Positions 26,317-39,678 of a stretch of DNA of 64,000 bases are shown piece by piece. Where the stretch lies: positions 65,286,001 to 65,350,000 of the forward strand of contig JAGIQG010000009.1 in assembly GCA_024679065.1 (NCBI GenBank), in the 5' to 3' direction. The first letter of the stretch is position 1. Each line of letters begins with the position of its first letter. This stretch comes from Sphyrna mokarran (lineage: Eukaryota). The position numbers and the translations under genes were made by a program. Below the pieces are notes generated by a model. That model was not told the origin of the DNA. It was given only the letters and a program-made list of their open reading frames with translations, and did no database searches.

Positions 26317-29300
26317 TGAAGATGTAAATATCTTCTAAATGACAATATTTATGTTTCTGCAATGTCATTCAACTTCCCTGGCCAGACAGGAAATAACTAT
26401 TACTGCAGATTGCTGAGATTGAGATTGCTTCCGTTCAATATCCACTGATCACTACCCCACCCCAGCCAAAAGAAAAATCTAATCTTCCTTTCTTTATTTA
26501 TTTCTCTTTCTGTACTAAATTTGACTCATTAATCAACAAAAAATTTTCAAGATTGGGCAAAAAATATCAAAAGCCTCTCTCTTCCTTCGTTTAATTTGAC
26601 TTATGAAAATTAGGACAACGATGATATTTTACTTTGAAGAATCTATTGCTAATATATACCTCTCTAAACTACCCAAAATATTTTAATTTTTAAACTTTCT
26701 TGACTTTGTTCAAAATTACACTAGTCTCAGTATCCAGTTTAATTTAAATCAATTTTCTATCTCTAGTGCTGTATACATAATTAATAATCCTGCCTCAGCT
26801 ACAGACATGTTTCCATTACTATTGCTATCATTTTCCATCTGTAATCAAGGATTCAAGTTCTTCATATGTATTTCTTAGCACTTGTGTAATGCATACGTTG
26901 GTTTGGATACCTTTGGTTTGGCAATTTCTCTTTTTATTGCATTGCCTTTTTTTTTAAATTGATGCTTTTGAGTCGGCATGTCTCAGTGAAGATTGGTTGA
27001 AGACCCATGATGTTGCTCACACGTGTTGCAGGTCCCAGTAGATACTGCACTGCTGGATCAGACTCCTAACGATAGCAAGTTGCCACTCAAAAGCTATTAC
27101 CAGCGCCATTCCTTCACAGTAGAGATATAATAATGGCAACCAGCTGTGAAGGCTTCACCTGAGCTTCTGTTTTAAATGTATACATATGAATACACTTTGT
27201 ACAATATCAAATAGCACCAATAACAGAAACAGCCATTATTAGATCAAACTAATCTCATTCCCCATTCCACTCTGCTTCAACCAATGGGCAATTTAAGTTT
27301 TTTTTTAAAAACAATCATGATCTCTGTCCTTGGTGCCAATTCATGAACATTTACAGACCATGTTCAGTGCAAATGAGTTATCTGATCAAGTGTGCAGTAG
27401 AAAGGTCTCTATTTTGCCTTTTTTAGTGTAACGTATGTTGTAATAATATGGACACTGATTGGCTCACTGATTCTTGTTTGAGGATCATTCTCATATTAAC
27501 TTAATATTTTCACGAAATTTCCTCCACTAGTTACATCCAATGGACATTAATACTTTTAGTAAAAAAAGTAACCCATTATAAATGCACACTTTTCATATAA
27601 ACTACTACGCAACCAAACCAACTGCAATTACGTAGTTACTCAAAAATAATTTTAACACAAAGTCCAAACACTGGTCAACAAACTTTATTTTGCAGAATGC
27701 AATTCAGTAAAAGTTAATACCAACAGTGCAATACCACACGGTTTTTCAGTTCTGACACTGCCAAATTGAAAGCCAATAATCTCAAGGATGTCATCACAGA
27801 ATGAGTGTAAGATACTTTGACTGCAGGTCTCCTGATAGAAGCAGCTATTCACAAGATATAAAATCAAACAAATATAGTTGAAATTTTATCCCAAGTGCTT
27901 TGTAAGAAGTCACCTAAATGGAATAGATTCAGAAAAAAAAAATAGCTCAAGATTAGACAACCATGAGGCACAGTGGTCCATGAACAGCAGCAGAATAGCA
28001 TCTCACCAGCATCTAGAACCAAACTGTGCTGAGAAGAAACTGGCAGAGTTTGAGTTAAAATGCTATTATTTCAAAACTGAAACTAAAGTGCATCTTCAGC
28101 TCATATCCATAAAGATACAATTTCTAGTAAGTATGTCTATTATATTCAAATCATCTTTGCAGTACTATTGCAAAACCTTAAACAGGTCGGTTATCTGAAC
28201 AAGTACCAGATGACGATCAACAACTGTCATTTAAACCAGAATGAGTATTAAGGAAAGGGACAAAAAAAAAAATGAGTGTGGAGGAGGAACAATTGAGAGA
28301 TGACCAAAATTCTCAAAAATATTTGACTTACAGATAGTCATTTATTTTAACTTTAAAAAGTACACTGGCTTTAGGTAAAGGAATAGTTGGGAGAAAACCA
28401 AGTTCTTCAGTACAGAATTGCAAAATACACTTCCTAATACCATCTTCATTGTACCCACTCCCCATGCCCAAACTTCTCCCCTATAATCCATTTCTCACCT
28501 GAAGGCACCAACTTTTGTTTTAGTTACATTTGTGTATTCTTCTAGTGATTTGTTGACTTTTGAATCAACATTTACAAGGTACACATTCCAGCAGAAGCTG
28601 ATGAAAGTTTATCAGCAATAGTATCCCTAGCTTATTTTCTTTCCTCTTTCAACATTCACAGACGGAGGCCAAGTGTAGCATTTTGAGAGTCCTAACTGCT
28701 GTCTGGATGAGGTCAGCTAAATAAGAAGTCTCACAACACCAGATCAGCTAACCCATTATATATTGAGAATAAAAATCAGTACGAAATGGTTTGCATGGAA
28801 AGGGATGAAACAGATTTGTAAAAATCAAGAACTCACCCAAAAGCATTTAAACATTTTCTGATTTTATTCGAATGACCAATTAAGTAACCTAAATGTCACA
28901 ACTGCCATATGATGAGAATGAAGTAATTCACTACTTGTTTTGGTTTTTCAACAAAATACACTAAAAACATATGATAAACATTCTACATTTACCTGTTGTA
29001 ATTCATTGCTTATTTACTGAGCAAAGGAGGTATCTGGAACCATTCTTTTAAACATATGTGCATTACACATGACCAAGAGGACACAGGCACAGATACACGC
29101 GTCCTCATCCCACAACAGATAAAACCAGTTTTTATAAATATTGAAACTAATGCCCTAACCTTTCCCTAGTACAGCTGTTCTCACTTCACAAGAGCATGTA
29201 CTTGTAACAGGATTGCAACAAAACAGCCTCCATTATTCAATTAGAAATAGGTCAAATATACTTCATACTTCAGACTTTTCAGTAACTTCAAGATGCAGCC

Positions 29301-30029
29301 AAAAATAACTTATGAAAAAGTGGCTTTGCTTTTCCCAAAAGTCAGAAAGAGATTTAGTACATTTACTTTTTACAATTGATCTCAGAGTTCTCTCTCAACG
29401 CAAGTACCCTAATAACTATAGTGCAGTTGAGAGCAATAATGCTCAAACAGTCTATTTTATTTGGAATTCCTTATTCACTCAATTTTACTATACGAACCGA
29501 TGTTTGCATAGTAATAAGAAGAAAAACATCCTAAATGCCTCATAAATATTATCTTGAAATTTAAGATTGTGTCCCCTTGTAGATTCATTTGCCAGAGGAA
29601 ATATCCTCCCCATGCTTCCAATTTCAACATCACAAATGACCACACTTGAAGTAGTGTGTAAAGTTCTAATGCTATGGTAGAGGAGTACAAAAACGGTTTA
29701 CAAGGACAATATCAAAACTGTGAGGTTATAGCCATCAGCAAAGGAATAACAGACTGTTGTCTCTTGAAAAGTCAAGACTGGGAGGTGACCTAATAGAGGC
29801 CTTTAAAATTCTGACCAAATTTAAGAAAGCAAACAGACAGTATTCCTACCTTGGAGAAAAAAAACTACCTGTAATCAATATTGAATATTCAAGAAATCAA
29901 ATAGGGAATTCAAAGAAAACTTCTTCACCAGGAAGTGGTGATAATGTGAAACTCAATACAGAGCAGTCAGGGCAAGTGGCAGGGATGCATTTGAAATGCT
30001 AGATAAGCTTATGCGGCAGAACAGAAATA

Positions 30030-30578
30030 CAGGCAGTCCTCAACTTTACGATATTCAAGGTACAATGAACAGCACTTAAGAAAATTAAAAGTTCACATCA
30101 TGTTTCAAATTTGTCAGTTTTACTTTACAATGCCAACTTTTACATTTTTGTAAACATGAATCATAAATTTGAAACATTTTGAATGAACTTGGGCAAGTCG
30201 TGAAATCTCCCACAGAAACACCAAGCCCCCTGCATCCTTCATTCAGCAGGCAGGTCGCTATCCTGCCTGGTTACAACCAGAAACAGGAGAACTGTTGTTG
30301 AAAACTGGGAAGTGAGGCTGCAACCTGGTGGCAAAAATCCTGCCTTGCGCCAGTGGTTGATCTTCCATGATAACAATATGATTTTCATGCCTGCAGTCTA
30401 AAGCGTTTTGCTCAGCCAGCTACAGAGAACTCCTCGTGACCCACTGGCAGAGGTCTGAATGCATGAGAATGGCCTTCTAAGAGAAAATTAAGTCGCAATC
30501 TTTTAACATTCCAACATCTCAACATTCATGACACGGTTTCCGAGAACAAACTGGGTTGTAGATTCCAAGGACTGCCTT
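30030..30578. mobile_element. Tc1/mariner (pogo/Tigger-like) MITE inserted in a decayed CR1 3' fragment (about 29640-30650)
   Basis: TA|CAGGCAGTCCTC...GGACTGCCTT|TA termini; CR1-like sequence continues across the insertion. Confidence 0.75.
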
Positions 30579-33500
30579 TAGAAGATTATGATGGATAGAT
30601 TTAGATGAAGAACAGGATGAGGCTCAAATGGAGTACTGAATGACGATACAGATCAAGCTGTTATAATTACAAGTTGCCATGATTTTCAACTACCTTCCGC
30701 TTATTTGATGAAACATACTTCAGAAGTATGGATTTTTATACATTTTTCCTTTTAATATGAATTTTAGGCACTGTACTTTATAAATGTTTGCATGAGCTCC
30801 TGTTAAACAAAGAGTTAGCTTGATTATTGCAATGAAGAGTTGTTTGTATTAATTAAATCTGGAATGTCACATGATGATTAGGGATAAAATATTGTATCAT
30901 ATAATAAATCATAGATTAACTCTAGAGTTATCTGCATTAATTAGATTTGGGATGTCACATGATTAGGCATAAAATGTTGTAGGAAAATAGATATTTATAG
31001 AATCAAAGAACAAGTTCAAATTTAAGAGTGATTAAATGGAAATGAGAACAGTTCAAAATAATCGAGTCTGTGAAATGTAGTTTATCAAAAAGATTGGGAA
31101 AATGGTTCAAAATCACTAGGCTGTTTGTGTTTTTGATTGGAAACACAGTTACAATAATACAAAGATGTTACCAAAGGAAGTTTAGGACTCTAACTCATCC
31201 ACATGTCTTAGATTTCATTAATTATAGTTATAGCACTATAGTGCAGCTCACTATGTATCAATGGCCCACTGATGAACCTGTGAATGATGTATTGATGGTC
31301 TACAGATGCAACCATGAATACTGTATTGATAATATTAATGTATATCAATATTAATGTTATGAATGGCACAGAGCAATTTTTTTTTTAAAACCAGGCCGCT
31401 GTTGACATTGGAACTAAAATTGGAAAAAGTAAAATTTAACATGCGTCAAACTACATCGCTCATATACAAGTTGAACAAAGCTGTTGTTGACAGTCAATAC
31501 CAGTTGTCCCAAGAAACGATCTCATCCATCTGTCCAAAAACAACATTCACTATCCACTTGAAAAAAAAAATCACACATTGTTAACTGGATCATTAAGAGT
31601 TATACCACACCGATCAATTTGAGATTTGGTACATGTCCGAATACGCACCAGCAGATAACGGTTATAGTGCCCTTTGATTCTAACTATTTTACAGAAAAGC
31701 AGTATTATATCATGTATCCATCATTAACTGACACTCAAGGGAATGTATATTATGGCCGTATAAAAATATACTGCAGCAAATCAATGAGTTATATATCAGG
31801 TATAACATCTTCTGATGGATCTTGAATTTACAATGGGAACTTACTCCCCTTCCAGATATGTACAAGTAGTGGACTATATATTTGTTCTCTGGACACTGAC
31901 TTCTTCATATCCATTATGTGCTATTGCGAATGCACAAAACACTTTCATTTTCACTTGTACTACAATTAACGAAGGAGAAAGTGGTTAGGTTGTACTGAGG
32001 ATTATTTGTTCAGTTCACTTGCACTTAACCCAAATAAATCAAAATAAACAGATGACTGGGAAGTACAACGTACTGAACAGCTCTGGTCACCCACCCGCAG
32101 CCTCCAAAATGTCACCCAAGCTGAAATGCTATATGGGAGAGATGCAGGAGGCTGTCACCAAGCTATTAATCTGATACCCAATTGTTAGGGTCAGTTATGA
32201 AAGAACACAAGTTCAAGGTGAGATGCAGGGGGTTTAGGGGCAAAGTGAGGAAAAACATATTACCTAGAGGATGGTGAGGTGCATTCCTAAAGCATTGTGT
32301 CAAAGGCGAAAGAGTTGAAGGACAGCATTTCCTCCTTTTAACGGCAGGAAATCAGGCAAGTTAAGTCCAGCCACTTTCAGAAGTCGGGGGGAAGATAGTA
32401 GGTCTGTAATCTGGATAACAGAACTGGACATTGAGGTAATGGGTTGGTTGGGGGAAGGAAGGGCACAGCACTTACGTTTCCAGGAATTAGAAACGTATCT
32501 AATTCTTCTAGCTTTTTTTGGATAACTATTGCTATAAGGTAGTCAGAACCATCTAATTTATGATTTAAATCAGATCATCCAATTGAAAGGTACTATAGAT
32601 GTACCTACACCACAGGAACTCCTGCAGGTCAAGGAGGAAGCACAACACCAACTTCTCAAGGACAATTAGGAATGGGCAATAAATGCTGGCCAAGCCCTCA
32701 ACAACCACATCCCACAAATGAATAAAATAATCTTCCATAATCAAAAATCATGAACATGAACCCATAATCCAACAAATCAAGATCAGCTGATGAATAATTA
32801 ATGAAAGTTAAACTTCTTTGGCTGAAACAGCCCTTTGATCAAGTTGCAAACCAACCAAACCAATAGTATTCATTAGACTGTTCAAATCTACCTTCCGATC
32901 AGTAAAAGGTACTCATAACTCTACACTAGAAACCCAGGTTCAAATATTACTTGACCACAAAGTTCAGATTACAAATAATTATAATTCTGAGGTGTCATTG
33001 TCTGATTAAAATAATTCAACCAAGGGTCCATTTAATTGCCCAGCCAAACGTCAAATACCTCCTGAGGCAGTAAACATCTTAAAACCAGCCAAATAAATTA
33101 TTTTTCTGCAGCTTCAATGCTTAAAAGCATAACATTCCAGACCACTCAATTTTCTTCCAATTCTATGAAAATTGAATATTGTTTTTTGAGTGTATATTTC
33201 TCTGTGCATATTCGTAGTATAGTATAATTTTCATCAATATAACACTTTTAAATCACTAAATTTACCTAAGTAAAACTTTTTTTTATTCTTTCTCTGGATG
33301 CTGGCTAAATCAGTATTTGTTATCCATCCATCACTGTCTCAAGAGGTAGTGTTGAGCCACTTCTTTGAATAACTACACCCAGAATGCTGCTTGGAAGCCA
33401 AGTGCCAGGATTTTGACACAGCACAGTGAAGGAACAGTGGTATAATTCCAAGTCAGGATAGTGTATGGGCTTGGAGTGAACTTTCAGGCAATAGCATTTC

Positions 33501-34323
33501 TACACACGTGTCGACTGTCTTTGTCCTTCTATATGGTAGAGGTTACAGATTTGAACAGTGCTGTTTGAAGGAGCCTTGACAAATTTCTGCAACGTATCTT
33601 GTACATGGTACACAATGCTGACACAGTGTGCTGGAGGGAGTGAGTGTGAATCCAGCAGACTGCTATGTCCTGGATGTGTTGAGCTTCTCTAATACTTTTG
33701 ACATGCATCCAGGCAAATGGGTAATAGAGTCCATCACATTCCAGACCGTACTCTGTAGATGATGGTCAGATTCTGGGGAGTCAGGAGGTGAGTTATGGTT
33801 CACTGAATTCTCAGCCCTTGACCTGCTTTTGTAATAACAGTATTTATATGATTGGTCCATTTCAGTTTCTGCTCAATGGAAATCCCCAGGATGTGGCAGA
33901 AGTAGTGATGGCAGTGCCATTGAACAGCATGGGCAATGATTAAATTCCCTCTTGTTGGAGCTGGCACATGTGGCACAAATGGTACTTTCCACTCACCCAG
34001 GCCAAGTCTGAATGCTGATTAGCACATTTTGCTGCATAAGGATGCATACAACTTTGGCATCTGTGGAATCACGAACAGCATAAATAATTGAGCAATCATC
34101 TATAGGCATCCACATTTCTGAACTTATAATGGAAGGAAGTTCATTGATGAAGCAGCTGAAGATTGTTGGGTCTCAGGATCTCCTGCAGCAATATCATGGA
34201 ACTGAGATAATTGACCTCCAACAATCACAATCATCTCTCTTTATGCTAGGCATAAGCCAGCAAAGAGATTTTCCCCAATTCCCACTGAAGCTTCAGTTTT
34301 ACTCAGACTCCTTGATGAGCCAT

Positions 34324-37035
34324 GTCAGGTGGTTAAGGTTGTAGTAGGGGAATATGTGGCTAACAGTGACCACAATTCTGTCTACTTGAGGATACAGATG
34401 GAAAAGGATGCTTGTTGCCCTAGGGGGAGGGTGCTGAATTGGGGGAAAGCTAACTACAATTGATTAGGGAGGAACTTATGGAAACTGATTGGGAACGGTT
34501 GTTCGAGGATAAGTCCACACGAGCATGTGGGATTCTTTCAAGGGAATACTGAAAATGTTGCAAGATAGATATGTGCCGGCTAAGAGGAAGGATGGGAAAG
34601 GTAGGATTACTAGGGATATTGAGGACTTGGGTAGGAAGAAAAGAGGTGTACATTAGGTCAAAGCAGCTGGGAACAGAGAGAGCATTGGAGGAATATAGAG
34701 AGAGTAGGAGGGAACTCAAACAGGGAGTTAGAAGGGCAAAAAGAGGGCATGAAATGGTTTTGGCAGATAGGATTAAGGAAAATCCTAAGGCATTTTACTC
34801 CTACGTTAGGAATAAAGAGGTGGTTAGAGGAAAACAAAATCAGACCTCTTAGGAACAGAGGGGGGGAAGTGTGCTTACAGCCCGAGGGAATGGGAGAGAT
34901 CATGAATGAATACAGCGTCAGTGTTCACGAAGGAGAGGGGCTTGTTGACCAGTCCTGTCTCTGAAGGAGCTGTAGACCGGTTGAGGGAAATATCCAGACC
35001 AAGGGAGGAAGTATTAGAGCTTCTAGATAGCATTAAAACTGATAAATTTCTGGGGCCTGATGGCATTTATCCCAGGCTGCTTAGGGAGGTGCGAAGTGGA
35101 TTTACTGGGCCTCTGACACAAATTTTTGTCTCTTCTTTGGACACAGGTGAGGCTCTAGAGGACTGGAGAATAGTTAATGTTGTACCGTTATTTAAAAAGG
35201 GTAGTAGGGATAACTCTGGAAATTATAGGCCAGTGAGTTTGACATCAGTGGTAGGGAAGCTGTTGGAGGGGATTCTTAGACATAGGATGTATAGGCACTT
35301 AGAGCGTTGCGATCTGGTTAGAGATACACAGCATGGCTTTGTTAAGGGGAGATCGTGACTTACGAACCTAGTAGAATTTTTTGAGGAAGTGACAAAAACA
35401 GTCGACAAAGGGCAAGCCGTTGATGTCGTCTATACGGATTTTAGTAAGGCGTTTGACAAAGTCCCTCATGGGAGGTTAGTTGAAAAGGTCAGGGCTAATG
35501 GGATACAAGGACAGGTAGCTAGATGGATAAGTAACTGGCTTGGTAATAGGTGACAGAGAGCAATAGTGCAAGGGTGTTTTTCTAGCTGGAGAGCAGTCAC
35601 TAGTGGTGTGCCGCAGGGCTTGGTACTGGGATCTCTTCTATTTGTAACATATATAAATGACTTGGAAGAGGGAGTAAGTGGAGTGATCAGCAAGTTTGCA
35701 GATGATACAAAGATGGCTGGACTTGTGGGTAGTGAGGAGCATTGTCAGGCCATACACCAGGACATAGTTAGGCTGGTAACTTGGGCAGATAGATGGCAGA
35801 TGGAATTCAATCCTGATAAAGGCAAGGTGATGCATTTCGGGAGAAAGAACGTAGGAGGGAGGTATATGATAAAGGGTAGACCAATCAAGAGTACAGAAAC
35901 GCAGCGGGATCTGGGGGTGCAGGTGCACAAGTCTCTGAAGGTGACACAGCAGGTGGAGAAGGCTGTGAAGAAAGCATATAGTATGTTAGCCTTTATAGGA
36001 AGGGGTATAGAGTACAAGAGCTGGCCTTTAATGTTGCAGTTGTACAAAACGTTGGTTAGACCTCATTTGGAATACTGCGTCCAGTTCTGGTCGCCTTACT
36101 ACCGGAAAGACATGGAGACTCTGGAGAGAGTGCAGAGGAGATTTACCATGATGCTGCCTGGTATGGAAGGTCTGAGTTACAAGGAGAGGTTAGGCAAATT
36201 GGGGCTGCTTTCCTTAGAAAGATGTGGACTTAGAGGAGATCTAATAGAGGTGTACAAGATTGTGAGGGGTACAGATAGAGTAAACTGGGTTAAGCTTTTT
36301 CCTAGGATGGACTCAAATAGCACGAGGGTCACGGGCTTAGGGTGAAGGGGGTAAGATATAATTTGGATGCTAGAGGGAGTTTTTTCCACAGAGGGTGGTG
36401 GGGCTATGGAATGTGTGCCAAGTAAAGTGGTGGAAGTAGGCACTCTGGAGTTATTTAAGAGATAGTTAAACGGGCACATGAACAGAATGGGAATGGAGAG
36501 ATATAGGAAATTGATGTAAAATAGGGATCATGAGCCTTGAGAGTTCCCTGGGAAGTGTGTAAATTGTCGATGATATTGATGTATTTGTTTTATCCTACAG
36601 GTGCTTTGGTCCGCCTTGTTGTCTAACAAAGGGCGTACACGCGATGGGTCATGAGAGGGCTGCTCTTGGATTTTGAGAGTATCCTAGTACTTTACGTCGT
36701 TAGTGTATGTTTGACCTGGACCATTTGATGGGCAACACGACAGCTCAATGACTATTGCTGTGCTATGCAGATACTTGGATTTACGCCTGTGTCTGTGGGA
36801 GTTTGCGCGTTCTCCCTGTGCTTACGTGGGATTTCTCCGGGTACTCCGGTTTCCTACCACATCCCAAAGATGTGCTCTTAGGTTGACTGGCAGAACAAAT
36901 TCTCCCTAAATCGTCTCACATAGATCTATGAACATAAATAGGGATCATGGGTAGAAGTGGGAACATCAAGGTAGCAGCGCGGGCTCATTGGGGTGAAGGT
37001 CCTGTTTCCTGTGCTGTTTTGTTCTTTGTTTTTTG
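34324..37035 (+). mobile_element. About 2.7-kb CR1 LINE (end of endonuclease through RT), disabled, with SINE-derived 3' end (copy B)
   Basis: SDHN motif; ORFs 34906..35358 and 35566..36345 (YRPVSLTS, QHGF, GVPQG, KFADD); in-frame stops; splits an older - strand LINE. Confidence 0.95.
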
Positions 37036-38640
37036 ACTGCCCATGGTCAAATGCTGCCTTTATGTCACTCTCACCTCTCAAGTTCACTTCTTTTGATGAT
37101 AGTTGAGCTATATCATAATGAGGGTAGGAGCCAAACAGAGCATCAGTGAGGAGATTATTACTAAGAAAGTACTGCTTGATAGCGCAGTCAGCAACCTCTT
37201 CCATCACTGTGATGATCAAAACTAGACCGATTGGGCAGTAATTGACCAGACTGAATTTGTCATACCTTTTGCACACATAGCATTCCAGGGCAATTTTCCA
37301 CATTGCCAAGTAGATGCCAATCCTCAGCAGCACTGGAACTTGGCTAGTTCTGGAAGAAAAACGACTTAAAAATAATTGCCAGTATCGTGTCAGGGAATTT
37401 CTTGCTATCATGTGCAATGACTCAAAATGGCTGAAAACTAGCATTTGTGATGGTTGGGATTTCCCTAGGAAGCCAAGACTGACCATCCATTTGACACATC
37501 AGATTGAAGATTGATGCAAATGCTTCAGCCGCAGCTTTTGCATTTGTGTTTGCCTCACCCAGTGACGATAGGGATACGCTAACCTCCAGTTAGCTATTTT
37601 ATTATCCACTACAACTCGCGACTGCATATAGTAGGAATTGTAGGCCATTCAGGCTTGAGCCTGCTCTGCCATTTAATATTATTGCTGACAGTGACCTCAA
37701 ATCTCCATCCCACCTACCCGATAACCTAGTCCCCCTCACTCCATCTCCATTATAAATGGGTGACCCCCTATTTTTAAGCAGTGTTCTCTAGTTCTAGACT
37801 CTCCCAATCAATGAATCAATTACTCTTCTAAACTTCAGTGGATTCAAGCCTAATATGGATAAAAGAGCAGAACTTGATATGAGAGTGATAACAGCCAATG
37901 TAGCATCAAGGCACTCAAGCAAAACTGAAAACAGTGGAAATCAGTGGAGAAATTTTCCATTGGAGTGAGGCATACGTAACACAAAGAAAGATGGTTGTGA
38001 TTGTTACAGGTCAATTACTTCAGCCTCAAGGCATCACTGCAGGAGTTCCTCAGGGCAGTATCCTTAGCCCAAATACCTTCAGCTGTTCCATCCATCCCTC
38101 CATCATAACATCAGACATGGGGATTTTCACAGATGATTACACATGTTCATCAAGCATGACTGTTCTGATGCAGAAGCAGTCAGTGCCCAAGTGCAGATCT
38201 GGACAACTAGCTGGTTTGGGCTGATAAGTGTGGTCAAGGAGCCAATGACAATGATTTCTGCAACAATACTGATAATGTTGTAAGAGTATTGTGACAATGA
38301 AAATCACACCGGGAATTTTGATCAAATTACCTCAAAAACAAAGTTGCTACAATCTGTGACCTGACCAAGCTCAAACTTCCTTTGCTGGTCAAACAAGGAT
38401 AGTTGTGCAAGTTAAACTAAACACGGCAAAAGCGTATCCACGTACGAGTTAAAATTATGTGACTTATATGCCATTTAAACTAAGCACTACGGAATCTGTA
38501 ACTCCACTGGTCTGGCCAAACAACATGACTGATTTTCAATTACACCACTAGCTGACTGCCAGGGAATTTCCTGGAAGAATCTGGGAAGTTTACGATAAAG
38601 GGAAGTGTTTCAGCCCTTTATCTTATATTATATTATTGCA

Positions 38641-39386
38641 GGAATAATAAATGTGTAGAGTATAGGGCTAATGGTAGGATTCTTAATAGTGTTGATGAAC
38701 AGAGGGATCTTGGTGTATTTGTGCATAGATCCCTGAAAGTAGGCAGTCAAGTCGATAAGGTTGTTAAGAAGGCATATGGAGTCTTAGCTTTTATTGGTAG
38801 GGGGATTGAATTTCGGAGCCGCAACGTCATGTTGCAACTGTACAAAACTCTAGTGCGGCCGCACTTGGAGTATTGTGTGCAGTTCTGGTCCCCACATTAT
38901 AAGAAAGATGTGGAGGCATTGGAGAGGGTACAGAGGAGGTTTACCAGGATGTTGCCTGGTATGGAGGGCAGGTCTTATGAAGAGAGGCTGAGGGATTTGA
39001 GGTTGTTTTCGTTAGAAAGGAGGCGGCTAAGAGGGGACCTAATCGAAACATATAAGATGATTAGAGGTTTAGATAGGGTGGACAGTGATAGCCTTTTTCC
39101 TAGGATGGAGAAAGCTAGCACGAGGGGACACAGCTTTAAATTAAGGGGTGATAGTTATAGGACGGATATCAGAGGTAGGTTCTTTACCCAAAGGGTGGTT
39201 CGGGAGTGGAATGCCCTGCCTGCAGCAGTTGTAGATGCGCCAAGTTTGGTGGCGTTTAAGAGGTTAGTTGATAAGTATATGGAAGAGAGGGGAATGGTTT
39301 AGTTTAGAGGGGCATTGCTTTTTATATTGGTCGGCGCAACATCGAGGGCCGAAGGGCCTGTTCTGTGCTGTAATGTTCTATGTTCT
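38641..39386 (+). mobile_element. Young CR1 LINE 3' fragment with an open ORF2 C-terminus
   Basis: ORF 38721..39302; tgttctatgttct tail. Confidence 0.95.
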
Positions 39387-39516
39387 TTGTCATCAGTGAT
39401 AATTCGCAGATCAACCGCCCTGAAAAAACATCTTCAGAGAAGACAAAGAGCCACGTGGAAAATCTACATTGGAAATGGACTTGGTCACTTCTTTCTGAAC
39501 TGGGTAGTATTTATTC

Positions 39517-39678
39517 CAGTTAAAGAGTTGAGTTAAGAGTTGCAGTTAAAGAGTTGAGTTAAGAGTTGCAGTTAAAGAGTTGAGTTAAGAGTTGCAGTTA
39601 AAGAGTTGAGTTAAGAGTTGCAGTTAAAGAGTTGAGTTAAGAGTTGCAGTTAAAGAGTTGAGTTAAGAGTTGCAGTTA
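39517..39678. repeat. Perfect 26-bp minisatellite, 6.2 copies (CAGTTAAAGAGTTGAGTTAAGAGTTG)
   Basis: Read directly; identical units, no spacers. Confidence 0.97.

Noticed and set aside
36725-36745. HDV-like ribozyme suggested by gggcaaca in the CR1 3' module
   Set aside because: No nested pseudoknot pairing found; the motif is explained as the start of the degenerate SINE head.
39517-39678. CRISPR-like array
   Set aside because: Contiguous identical units with no spacers, in vertebrate DNA; it is a minisatellite.
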